Source: Raja brachyura | Taxonomy: Eukaryota | Length of the DNA: 64,000 nucleotides | Direction of reading: 5' to 3' | Assembly: GCA_963514005.1 (NCBI GenBank) | Contig: OY740792.1 | Span: 18,786,001 to 18,850,000, forward strand | In this document: piece by piece, positions 38,791 to 50,230 of the stretch | Numbering within the stretch: the stretch's first letter is position 1 | How the letters are laid out: every line of letters begins with the position of its first letter | The notes under the pieces: generated by a model | Told to the model about the DNA's origin: nothing | The model's database searches: none | What the model saw: only the letters and a program-made list of their open reading frames with translations | Program-made: the position numbers and the translations under genes

Positions 38791-39549
38791 GAATTTCAAG
38801 GAATAGCCTTGAATCAACTGCCAGCCCACCAACCATGAGTGAGCTGCCAGCACATCAGGCTTGAGTGACTGAGCTCCCACCCCAAGTATCCATTTGGCCC
38901 ACAATGTCCACACTAGCCTCTGGAAACCGGTCCCTTCAGCCCACAACACCCATGCTAGCACTCCAGAAAGCCCCCCCACCCCCCCTTCACTGGCCACCAA
39001 TATTGAATTGGTGGAGAGGTGGAATATTGCATTGGGGGATCAGCCCTCCCGTGTGACTATCGGATCCAATGGGTCCCACTTAGTCTAGTATGTATTAAAG
39101 TTCCAATGTTTACAGGTTACTTTAATCATTCCTATGCAACATGATAATAACTTTGCACTTAGTTTATCTGTTTGAAACATCTTCATGACCTTCATTTCTA
39201 AATATGTTATTATTGTTTTGTTACATGGAGAAAGATATACAGAGAGATATGTCAATGGTGCTGGACTCCCTTTGTGACTTCTGAAGAAGTATGACAGAAA
39301 ATCCAGTTTTTTTGTGTGAATGCAATATCTGTCAAACCTCGAAGACAATCTGAAGACTCTTTAAGAGTGCCACAATCAACTGTGCCCATTGTAATGTAAA
39401 GATTTTGAATAACGTTGATGAGGCATTGCAGACTGTCAATTGGCTGATCTGGGGCAGTAGCCATATTTGCAAGCATTTTGGGTTCAGATTTCACCCAAGG
39501 TATTCCAATGTCAAGATGTCAACCAAAACTTAGTCTGCTTTCTCAAAAG

Positions 39550-39875
39550 ATAGAAACAGAGAAACAGAGAAAATAGGTGCATGAGTATGCCATTCTGCCC
39601 TTTTAGCCAACACCGCCATTCAACATGATCATGGCTGATCATTGAAAATCAGTACCCCATTCCTGCTTTCTCCCCATATCCCTTGATTCTGTTAGCCCAA
39701 AGAGCTATATCTAACTCTCTCTTGAAAACATCGAGTGAATTGACCTCCACTGCCTTCTGTGGCAGAGAACTTCACAGATTCCCAACTCTCTGGGTGAAAA
39801 TTATTTTCTTCATCTCAGTCCTAAATGGCCTACCCCTTATTATTAAACTGTGACCCCCGGTTTTGGACTCCCTCT
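39550..39875 (-). mobile_element. CR1 3'-end fragment
   Basis: (AGAAACAG)-like tail and 3' UTR. Confidence 0.85.
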
Positions 39876-40134
39876 CATTCTTTTAAGTCCCTACCTGGTT
39901 TTCAAGTCCCTACGTGGTCGGAGAGGCTGCCTTTCTCCAAGCAGCAACTTCGACCCGTCCTCGCGGCATACCAGCAGGGCCTGGAGCAGCGTTTCCAGAG
40001 TGGACCTGGCCAGAACTTCGGCTTCTGCGGCAGCACAGCACAGAAGCGCTATCGCGGAGCCGAGCGGGTGATGCCTTGCCTGGGTCGCCGCGCTGGAGCT
40101 CCGGAATGCTGAGTCCGCCGATTGAACATCCTGA

Positions 40135-40625
40135 GAACTGGCCTCCACCGCCCTCTAAGGCAGAGAATTCCACAGACTTACAACTCTCTGTGTGAAAAAG
40201 TATTTCCTCAACTCCATTCTAACTGGCTTACCCCTTATTCTTAAACTGTGGCCCCTGGTTCTGGACTCCCCCAACATTGGGAACATGTTTCCTGCCTCTA
40301 GCGTGTCCAAACCCTTAATAATCTTATATGTATCAATAAGATCCCCTCTCATCCTTCTAAATTCTGGACTGTACACGCCCAGCCACTCCATTCTATCAAC
40401 ATATGACAGTCCTGCCAAAATTGTGAACCTACGCTGCACTCCCTCAATAGCAAGAATGTCCTTCCTCAAATTTGTAGACCAAAACTGCCCACAGTACTCC
40501 AGGTGTGGTCTCACAAGGGCTCTGTACAACTGCAGAAGGACCTCTTTGCTCCTATACTCAACTCCTCTTGTTATGGCCAACATGCCATTCGCTTTCTTTG
40601 CTGCCTGCTGTACCTGCATGCATAC
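40135..40625 (-). mobile_element. CR1 C-terminal fragment
   Basis: KKANGML...LYRALVRPHLEYC...FFTQRVVSLWNSLP. Confidence 0.9.
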
Positions 40626-41429
40626 TTTATAATAAAAATGTAATAACAATGACTTTATAATACCAATAACTTTATAATAACAATACTTATAACAACCGTA
40701 ACAATAACAATACTTTATAATAAAAATAATAACATTTTGAAATGATGGTCTTGAAGATGTTTCACCAAATAAACTGTGTGCAAAGTTATTATTATGATGA
40801 ATTTGAAAGATTAAAGTAACCGGCATATATATACTAGAATAATAAATGTGGTGACAAAGTGGTGTCCAACTAGATTAATGGAGTCTCACCTCCATCTTTC
40901 ATAGAGCAATGAAAACCCAGTTTTCCACAAGTAGTACGACAATGATTATATGCAACTATTAACAAAAATGAAAATATTGTGGGCGAATACTATACATTGA
41001 ATACTTTACAAAGTGTAGCAATGTTCATTATAGATAATTTATCTGGTCACTATCATCATCACTGATCAAGATCACTGGATGATCTTGTCTCAAAATTGAC
41101 CCTACTATTTTCATTTCTATAATGATCAATGACTTCATTGGCTGTTATTTGATTATTACAACTTTTTATGTGCTAACTAAATGGAACTTGCTCATTTTAC
41201 TGCTTATTTTTTTCGCCTCATGCATGCTTTTTCAGAAGTGGGTAAATAATGTGTAAATGAAACAATTACCATGACCTATGAAGATGTTGCTAAAGCCGAG
41301 GGGTGTTACCAGACTAATTAATATAATCACCAATAATTAATGTGTATGACAGCTGACAGATTCGAGTGACACATTTCAGTGATACATTTCTAATCAGGCA
41401 GTAATATATAATAAGAATGTCAAGAGGAT

Positions 41430-41630
41430 AGACACAAAAAGCTGGAGTAACTCAGCGGGTCAGGCAGCATCTCTGGAGAAAAGGAATAGATGATGTTACA
41501 GGTTGAGACCCATCTTCGGAAGACCCTTCAGTCTGAAGAAGCATCTCAGCTCGAAACATCACATTCCTTTTCTTCAGAGATGCTATCTGACTCTTTGGTT
41601 TTAACCAGCATCTGCAGTTCCTTCCAACAC
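41430..41630. mobile_element. Inverted pair of Penelope-derived repeats, each with a degenerate hammerhead motif
   Basis: Minus copy to ~41520, then plus CTGAAGAAGCATCTCAGCTCGAAACATC. Confidence 0.8.
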
Positions 41631-41794
41631 AAGAATGTCAAGAGTTCCATCTTAAGTTACATTTTTGCTTTCATTTTCCTGTGCTGAACAGACAAAATAT
41701 TAACCATGTTAATTTTTCTGCAAAATAGGAAATCTACTGAATCTCTGGTCCCTTTTTCTATATTCTGTGTTCACGGAAATACACCCACCTTCTG

Positions 41795-42045
41795 TTTAGT
41801 TCAGTTTAATCCTCGCACATTAGCACTATCCTATACATACTAGGGACAATTTACCATTTTACCTAAGCTAATTAACCTGCAAACCTGTACATCTTTAGAG
41901 TGTGGGTGGAAACCGGAGCACCCAGAAAAAACCCACGCAGGTCACGGGGAGAATATATAAACTCCGTATAAGCAGCTCCCCTGGTTAGCATCGAACCCGG
42001 GTCTCTGGCATTGTAAGGCAGCAACTGCTGCGCCACCGTGTCACC
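41795..42045 (-). mobile_element. tRNA-derived SINE (HE1-like)
   Basis: B-box CGAACCCGGGTC on plus; TTTAG tail. Confidence 0.85.
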
Positions 42046-42079
42046 CATAATCGAGGAATATCTACTATCCCACCATCCT

Positions 42080-42450
42080 TTCCCCTACCCTACCTGTCTC
42101 CTTCTACCTAAATCACTCCCTCTGGCTTTACCTTTCACTCCGCTTCTCTCCTTATCTAAAACCCTTGTGTCTCATTTTCATCTCTAGCCTTTGTCACTTA
42201 CTCCAGCTGTCTGCCATTCAAACATCCCCCCCAACCCCCTCACCCGTATCTATGTATAATTTGGCAGGCTTTGGCATGCTCCCACCGCTCTTTTCCAGCT
42301 ATCTCCCCCTTATAACAATGTCTAAGGAAAGGTCCCGACTCTGAAATGTTGACTATCCATTCCCTCCACATTTGCTGCCTGATCCATTGAGTTACTCCAG
42401 CACTTGACATTTTGCTCAGCCTTCCAGCATCTGCAGTTCCTTGTGTCTAC
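42080..42450 (+). mobile_element. Older Penelope-derived repeat
   Basis: Ends GAGTTACTCCAGCAC...CCAGCATCTGCAGTTCC. Confidence 0.65.
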
Positions 42451-42664
42451 CAATATCATGCCTTCCTCAAACAAAACAACATTGTAATCTTGTCAAATGA
42501 CATCTCATTAAAAGGTCCTCACTTCTCTTACAAGATCCTTGAATATGTTTTTGCCCAAGTTGGCATAGGTTTATCCACTAACTCTCCAGGAGGAACATGA
42601 GTACTATAGTACTAACAGGGTTGTAATCAAAGTAAAGAAAGTAACAATATTCCGTACCTCCAGT

Positions 42665-42988
42665 TTTACTTTAGTTTAGTTTAGTTTAGTTTAGAGATAC
42701 AGCTTGGAAACAGGCCCTTCAGCCCATTGTGTCCGCACCGACCAGCGATCCTCGCACACTAACACTATCCTACACACAATAGGGACAATTTTACAATTTT
42801 ACCAAGCCAATTAACCTACAAACCTAATACGTCTTTGGACTGTGGGAGGAAACCAGAGCACACAGGGAAAACCCAGGCAGATCACGGGGAGAATGTACAA
42901 ACTCCATACAGACCCATAGTTAGGATCGAACCTGGGTCACTGGCGCCGTAAGGTCAGCACCTCTACCGCTGCGTCACTGTGCTGCCCG
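42665..42988 (-). mobile_element. Full-length tRNA-derived SINE (HE1-like)
   Basis: (TTTAG)n tail, CR1-like 3' segment, B-box GGATCGAACC. Confidence 0.9.
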
Positions 42989-43249
42989 CAGGAATTGTGA
43001 GGAATTATTTTGTCTTCTCTGCCTCAACCGATGTAGCTGCAGCCATATCCACCTGGGTATGACGGGCCACACCTACCTTTTCCATCGTTCTCTGTTGTCC
43101 AACATCCTGTCCCATTCCTATTGTACAATTTAACAGTAATCGAGCTGAACTTCATGTATTAGTAAACCTCCTGCTATGGCTTTACAGGTCTCATATGCGT
43201 GGAAGTTTGACCCATGTAAGGAAAAAACTGAATGTCTAACAAATTTGTC

Positions 43250-43620
43250 GCACGCTGACCACTCCCTCTGCTCCTCTTCGCCATCGGGCAAAAGATATAG
43301 AAGTGTGAAAATGCACACCTCCAGATTCAGGGACAGTTTCTTCCCAGCTGTTATCAGGCAACTGAACCATCTTACCACAACTAGAGAGCAGTCCTGAGCT
43401 ACTATCTACCTCATTGGAGACCCTCGGACTACCTTTGATCAGACTTTACTGGCTTTATCTTGCACTAAACGTTATTCACGTTATTCCCTTCATCATGTAC
43501 TTGTACACTGTGAAAGGCTCAATTGTAATTGAGTATTGTCTTTCTGCTGACTGGTTATCACACAATAAAAGTATTTCACTGTACCTTGGTACACGTGACA
43601 ATAAACTAAACTAAACTAAG
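43250..43620 (+). mobile_element. Rex1/Babar-type LINE 3' end
   Basis: PSGKRYRSVK..TSRFRDSFFPAVIRQLN; tail GTGACAATAAA(CTAAA)n. Confidence 0.8.
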
Positions 43621-44654
43621 TTGGAGACAGAAAAAGAGATTTTATAATGTAGCCTCCATTTATGTTTGAAATTATAAAACCTATCAAATATAACAACTGT
43701 CAAAATAAGTGTTGTATTCATATTAGACTCCTTAATCAGAACTGGCCCTGCTCTATCTCTGTCACATAATTAGAAACCCAGCATGTGCCCTGTCGATGGA
43801 AATAAGCCAAGTTTCTACTGCACTTCCTGCGCCAAATTTTCTGCAACTTAAAACAAACTTATTTTCACCCTTTCTGAATTCCGAGATAAAATCTTTGACA
43901 TGAACCATTGACTCGGGTTCGCTTTCCACATGTTGTGCCTGACCGACTCTATGTTTCCAGCACTCTTGTTTTGTTTCATATATCCAGTAGCGACAGGTTT
44001 TCATTTGATTTGCTGTTTTGTACCTTGTGATCTTGGATGCAAGGATTCAATAAATAATGTTGAGCGGGCAGGCCGTTATGTGACGGGAGAACAGTGAAGA
44101 GGAATTGACATTCAAACTTGGTGAAAACAATTCAGTTTGGCTTTTGAACTTGCCACAAATCTGTAATTGCATTGGTAATGAAAATAAATGTAGATTGATT
44201 ATGGGCATAATAATAGTGTATGGCTGTTTGCAATCTCTGGCTAATCAGGCACAATCTATCCAGTTAAAATGACATTTTGATGATGACAGCGACTGAAAAT
44301 AATTTCAAATTGTCTCCTAATTTACAGTTCAAAATGTAAGTTCAAGATTTTACAAACTTTTTGAGAATAAAACTTACCAATACACTGGGACAAAAAAACC
44401 TGACAAATACGCATGATGTTGAAAATGAAACATTTCACGCACTGCTTAGTTTTGTTTTTAGAAGTTCAAGAATCGGTGTAATTTGTTCATAATTTGTAAA
44501 TTAAAACCAACTTGATTTACAGTCATTTATGTTAGTATTAGAAAATTGAATATTTGTTACAATCTATAGGTTCATCATTAATGCATTAATATCTTTCAAT
44601 CAAAATAAACCTTTATCAAGCAAGCTTTTCTATTTTTCTTTGAGTGCCCCTCTT

Positions 44655-44852
44655 TTTAGTTTAGTTTTAGTTTGGAGATAAAGCATGGAAACAGGCCCTT
44701 AGGTCACCGACTCCACACTGATCACTCTATGTTATCCCATTTTCTCATCCACTCCTTGTTGATGGATGCCAATTAAACTTTAAACCCACACGTCTTTAGG
44801 ATGTGGTATGAAACAGGAGCAACCGGAAGAAATCCACATGGTCACATGGAGA
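44655..44852 (-). mobile_element. SINE fragment (HE1-like)
   Basis: TTTAG tail and body similarity to other copies. Confidence 0.75.
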
Positions 44853-44912
44853 ATGGATAGGATACTAAAGTGGGAAAACATGGAACTAGCGTTATTTTAT
44901 TCCCACTAACAC

Positions 44913-47120
44913 CAAGATTCAAGATTCAAGAGAGTTTATTGTCATGTGTCCCAGATAGTACAACCTAACCCCATTTATGACCCCTTACCTAACCTAACCC
45001 CATTTATTATCTCAATGGGGTTAGGTTAGGTAAGGGGAAGGTACAGCGAGACCTGGGTGGCCTTGTACACCGGTCACTGAAAGTTGGCGTGCAGGTACAG
45101 CAGGCAGTGAAGAAAGCTAATGGAATGTTGACCTTCATAACAAGAGGATTTCAGTATAGGAGTAAAGAGGTTCTTCTGTCGTTGTAGAGGGCTCTGGTGA
45201 GACCACATCTGGAGTATTGTGTACAGTTTTGGTCTCCTAATTTGAGGAAGGACATCCTTGTGATTGAGGCAGTGCAGCGTAGGTTCACGAAATTGATCCC
45301 TGGGATGGCGGGACTGTCATATGAGGAAAGATTGAAAAGACTAGGCTTGTATTCACTGGAGTTTAGAAGGATGAGGGCGGATCTTATAGAAACATATCAA
45401 ATTATAAAAGGACTGGACAAGCTAGATGCAGGAAAAATGTTCCCAATGTTGGGTGAGTCCAGAACCAGGTGCCACAGTCTTAGAATAAAGGGGAGGTCAT
45501 TTAAGACTGAGGTGAGAAAAAACATTTTTACCCAGAGAGTTGTGAATTTATGGAATTCCCAGCCACAGAGGGCAGTGGAGGCCAAATCATTAGATGGATT
45601 TAAGAGAGAGTTGGATAGAGCTCTAGGGGCTAGTGGAGACAAGGGATATGGGGAGAAGCAGGCACGGGTTATTGATAGCGGACGATCAGCCATGATCACA
45701 ATGAATGGCGGTGCTGGCTCGAAGGGCCGAATGGCCTCCTCCTGCACCTATTTTCTATGTTTCTATGACAATTAAATTCTTGCGTTGCGTCAGCACAACA
45801 GAATATAGTAGGCATAAATAAATACATAACAGATCAGTGTGACCATATACCATTTAATATATATAAACACACATAAATAAGCAGACTAAGTGCAATGGGC
45901 TATTAATGTTCAGAGTTTTGTTTGAGTTGAGTTTAATAGCCTGATGGCTGTGGGGAAGAGCTATTCCTGAACCTGGATGTTGCAGATTTCAGGCTCCTGC
46001 ACCTTCTACCTGTAGGCAGCGGGGAGATAAGTGAGTGGCCAGGACGGTGTGGATCCTTGATGATGCTGCCAGCCTTTTTGAGGCAGTGACTGCAATAGAT
46101 CCCCTCGATGGTAGGGAGGTCAGAGCCGATGATGTACTGTCCAGTGTTTACAACTTTTTCAGTTTTTTCCGCTCCTGGGCGCTCAGGTTGCCAAACCAAG
46201 CCACGATGCAACCGGTCAGCATGCTCCCTACTATGCATCTGTAGAAGTTAGAGAGAGTCCTCTATGACATACCGACTCTCTGTAGTCTTCTCAGGAAGTA
46301 GAGGCGCTGATGTGCTTTCTTTACATTTGCATCAGTGTTCTCAGACCAGCAGAGACCTTCAGAGATAATGCACTCCCAGGAATTTGAAGTTCTTGACCCT
46401 CTCCACCATCGACCCATTGATATAAACGGGACTGTGGGTTCCCATCCTACCCCTTTCAAAGTGCACAACCAGTTCCTTCGTTTTGGCAGCGTTGAGAGCC
46501 AGGTTATTGTTTTGGCACCATTTGGTCAAACGGTCAATCTCACTTCTACATTTTGACTCATCCCCATCAGTGATACGTCCCACAACAGTGGTGTCGTCAG
46601 TGAACTTGATGATGGAGTTTGCACTATGACTGGCCACGCACTCATGAGTATAGAGTGAGTACAGCAGGGGGCTGAGCACGCAGCCTTGAGGTGCTCCCGT
46701 GCTGATTTTTATCGAGGCTGACACATTTCCACAAATACCGACAGACTGTGGTCTGTGAATGAGGAAGTCGAGGATCCAATTGCAGAGGGATGCGCAGAGA
46801 CCCAGTTCTGAGAGTTTGGTAACCAGCTTGGAGGGGATGAGTGTATTAAATGCCGAGTTGTAGTCAATGAATAACAGCCTGACATATGAGTTTTTGTTAT
46901 ACAAGTGGTCCAAAGTGGAGTGGAGAGCCAGCGAGATCGCATCCACCGTTGATCTGTTATGGCGGTAAGCGAACTGCAGTGGGTCCAGGTTTTTGTTGAG
47001 GTATGAGTTGATTTGCACCACGATCAACCTCTCAAAGCATTTCATCACCACTGACGTTAGTACCACTGGTCGATAGTCATTGAGGCACGTCACCTTGCTC
47101 TTCTTGGGCACAGGCATTAT
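44913..47120 (-). mobile_element. Rex1/Babar-type LINE (RT fragment), interrupted by CR1 at 44964-45767
   Basis: CLNDYRPVVLTS, LDPLQFAYR, GAPQGCVLSP, KFTDD; (CAAGATT)n tail at ~44913. Confidence 0.9.
44964..45767 (+). mobile_element. 5'-truncated CR1 with fold-back 5' junction
   Basis: RPHLEYCVQFW...TQRVVNLWNS; (TTTCTATG)2 tail; ACAA repeated at both junctions. Confidence 0.9.
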
Positions 47121-47123
47121 TGA

Positions 47124-47562
47124 AGGTACACAAAAATGCTGGAGAAACTCAGCAGGTACAGCAGCATCTATGGAGCAAAGGAAATAGGCAACGTTTCGGG
47201 CCGAAACCCTACTTCAGACTGATCGGGGGTGGGGGGAGGCAGGGAGAAGAAAGGAAAAAGGAGGAGGAGCCCGAGGGCTGAGGGAGAGGTACGAAGGGGA
47301 GGAGACAGCAAGGGTTAACATAATTGTGAGAAATCAATGTTCATGCCACCAGGATGCAGACTCCCCAAGCGGAATATGAGGTGCTGTTCCTCCAATTTCC
47401 GGTGTTGCTCACTCTGGCCGTGGAGGAGGCCCAGGACAGAGAGGTCGGATATGGAATGGGATGGGGAGTTGAAGTGTTGAGCCACCGGGAGGTCAGGTTG
47501 GTTAATGCGGACCGAGCGGAGGCGTTCGGCGAAACGATCGTCAAGCCTACTCTTGGACTCAC
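47124..47562 (-). mobile_element. Penelope-like element 3' fragment (GIY-YIG plus hammerhead-like motif ~47186-47220)
   Basis: GESKSRLDDRFAERLRSV...VAQHFN; paralog of 32705-33290. Confidence 0.9.
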
Positions 47563-47636
47563 CGAGCTGGGGGTGAGCCATGTCTTTGTGAAACAAAACA
47601 CAGAGCATTCCTTCAGCTCCCTTTGATAAAGCAGCA
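47563..47636 (-). mobile_element. Rex1-type endonuclease N-terminal fragment
   Basis: LLYQRELKECSVFCFTKTWLTP resembles the APE 'xFTETWL' motif. Confidence 0.65.
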
Positions 47637-48092
47637 TTGCCCAGAGAGCAGAGCTGCTCACCATGAGAGCAGAGTTGCTATTCTTCTCAAAATGTACCTG
47701 CTACCGTCTTGATCAATGGTCAGCGTAGAATTAATGGGCTGAAGGAGCTGTTTCTGTGCTGTATCTCTAAACTAAATGTTGTTATTCTACCAGCCTCAAA
47801 CATTATCACTGGCACTCATTTCCATATACTCACCACCCTCTCTGCATGAAGAAGATGCCGCATATGCTGCTTAGTTCATTGTTTGTTGACATTAAAGCAA
47901 GCAAAGTTTAGCACATCTTTTCTAGTCCCTGGGATGAGCAGTCTTATCCCTAACAAAGGCTGCTCAAATGCCTGGGATGCTCAATTCCCCAGGTTCAAAG
48001 AAGGACGACCACTGGTCCACAGGTTTGATTTAAAGCTGTGTCTCCCTGTGATAACTTCCAACTGTGGCTTATCCACAGGGCTTGATGATAGT

Positions 48093-48124
48093 AGGGGAGG
48101 GGGGGGGGGGGGGGGGGGGGGGGG
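48093..48124 (+). repeat. Poly-G run
   Basis: ~30 G with one interruption. Confidence 0.9.
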
Positions 48125-48164
48125 ATAAAAGAGATGTAAATGCAGAGTTCAAAGAAAGACTTGC

Positions 48165-48560
48165 ATAAAACTAGCGCGTGAAAGAGACTGAGGTGCAGCG
48201 GAAGACTCGTCAGTCGGCGGGACTGGGAACACACACGGAGGCTCATCGGATGGTGGAACCAGGAGGGAGCTGGAGACGTTGGACAGGAAGAGCAAGAGAC
48301 ATTAGGAGGGTGAACTGGGGTAATGCCTCCATTGACTTCAAGGTCGGCTGCAGGAGGCCACCTGGGACACAAAGATAGCCGGACGAGGAGAGGGGCGTCG
48401 ATTCACGGCAACTGTTCCAGTACATCGAGCGTGAGGGCTGACCGCACTTTGGACTTTGTGCCAAAACATGGCGGCACCTGCGTGCGTAACATATGCAAAA
48501 AGAATTTCACTGTGCAGTGGTACACATGACAAATAAAGAAACATTGAACCATTAAACCAC
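48165..48560 (+). mobile_element. GC-rich non-coding element with Rex1-like 3' tail
   Basis: Ends AAGAATTTCACTGTGCAGTGGTACACATGACAAATAAA plus (CATTGAAC)-like tail. Confidence 0.55.
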
Positions 48561-49589
48561 TGGATGGTCAGATTGTTTTCCATGCTCAGAGATGTCCATT
48601 GTATGCCACAGTGTCCTGCTACACAGTATTCCTTGTTGGTGAGTCATCCTATGGATTTTCACTGCACGACCCGCCAAATAGTCTTTGTGTGTTAAGGTAA
48701 ACAGGTTGCTAAAAGCCTAGTATTAGTTCTGCAATCTATGAAATTACAAGACTGGTCCAACAAAGATGTTTGGAAAGGCTATTCAGCCATCATTGTGCCA
48801 ACTGTTTAATATATGACTATAGTGATACAGTTGACATTTATCTTGAAGCTATTCTGTTCAATGGCAACCCAGAGAATGAATAGAATTGGGTGACAAGCAG
48901 TTTATGCTTCCTCATATCTATCTTTTCACTACAATTATTGTTGAATAGCCTGATACTCTGATTATATGCAACCATGGTGATCTTGGTGCCAGAACCCATT
49001 TCAGAGAATAGATATATTTTAATATTTCTAACACAAAATATCAATCATTGTTTCTATTCAAATTTTGATCGACACAAAAATATTCCTTTCTTTGCAATGG
49101 AGACTGTTATCAAGATGGTAGCAGGTGCGTTTTTGAGAAGAATTGCAACAGCTGTCATGGTTTTTAGTGGGAATAAAGTAACATAAGCTTCTCAATGATC
49201 TCCCATTGCAGACTAATTCAGGTGCCAAAAATCAAGTAAACAGGATGCTGCGAGATTGACAGAACATTTTAATCTCATTGATTTTAGTCTCATCATTACC
49301 ACTTGCCAATAATAAGGATTTAAATATTCAGCTCTTCTTTGAAGCACCTATAAGAGTGGCAGGATGATTGAAGCTTTTGGTGGATATTACCACAGTTCTC
49401 GGCATTTAGAAATCTCATAATGTATGTTAACTTAAGTCACTGTAAGGCTTGCCAACAATTTTAAAAATAGCACTGTTGCCCGCTATTTTTGGAATTGTTA
49501 TGCAGAACTCAAATCACTGTTTGCTAAGCTTATGATATGGTTTCTCCTGGTCTGTTTGGAATGGACCACTCACCTCAAATAGTAAAGAC

Positions 49590-49800
49590 CTATAGACAAT
49601 AGACAATCGACAATAGACGATAGGTGCAGTAGGCCATTCGGCCTTTCGAGCCAGCAGCGCCATTCAATGTGATCATGGCTAATCATCCCCAATCAGTACA
49701 TCGTTCCTGCCTTCTCGCCATATCCCCTGACTCCGCTATCTTTAAGAGCCCTATTTAGCTCTCTCTTGAAAGTATCCAGAGAACCGGCCTCCACCGCTGA
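49590..49800 (-). mobile_element. CR1 3'-end fragment
   Basis: (TAGACAA)n tail and 3' UTR. Confidence 0.85.
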
Positions 49801-49819
49801 ACCGGCCTGAACCAAGTCT

Positions 49820-49995
49820 TAGATAGACAGAAAATGCTGGAGTAACTCAGCGGGACAGGCAGTATCTCTGGAGGGAAGGAATGGGTGACGTTTCCCATTC
49901 CTTCTCTCCAGAAATGCTGCCTGTCCCATTGAGTTACTCCAGCATTTTGTGTCCATCTTTGGTTTAAACCAGAATCTGCAGTTCTTTCCTACACA
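49820..49995. mobile_element. Inverted pair of Penelope-derived repeats lacking the ribozyme core
   Basis: AAAATGCTGGAGTAACTC...GAATGGG / CCCATTC...GAGTTACTCCAGCATTTT. Confidence 0.8.
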
Positions 49996-50230
49996 TAGAC
50001 TAAGTCTAATTGGAATCTGTGGGATTTCCATTGCTCTTTTGAATGATTGAACCAGCCATGTCTGAAATGCACCCGCAGAATTCTAAGGTCTGGACAAAAA
50101 AGAAAAATAGCTATATTCAAAATATTTAGTCACTCTGTTAAAAGAACAGAGAGCAGTGTATCAGGTAAATGCACACAGCAATTCTACACCATGTTCCAAA
50201 TTGCAATTGTTCCTTTATTTATGCCTGTCA

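Larger units (their letters stand above)
37225..39088 (+). mobile_element. Non-autonomous Helitron with duplicated head and two minisatellites
   Basis: A|TC start (TCTATATTACTAAAAG), subterminal hairpin GGATCCAATGGGTCC, CTAG|T end, no TSD. The flanks rejoin to match the opposite inverted-repeat arm. Confidence 0.8.
37052..41000. repeat. Long inverted repeat (left arm 37052-37224 + 39089-39225; right arm ~40720-41000), possibly a fold-back/MITE-like element
   Basis: e.g. GTACTACTTGTGGAAAACTGGGTTTTCATTGCTCTATGAAAGATGGAGGTGAG has its reverse complement at ~40886-40940. Confidence 0.8.

Noticed and set aside
45014-45037. TTAGG telomere-like repeats
   Set aside because: Not vertebrate TTAGGG; part of CR1 coding sequence (LNGVRLGKG).
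49060-49135. FFAMETVIKMVA resembles a T-type calcium channel S2 segment
   Set aside because: Similarity does not extend on either side, there is no good acceptor and no other channel exons were seen; likely chance.
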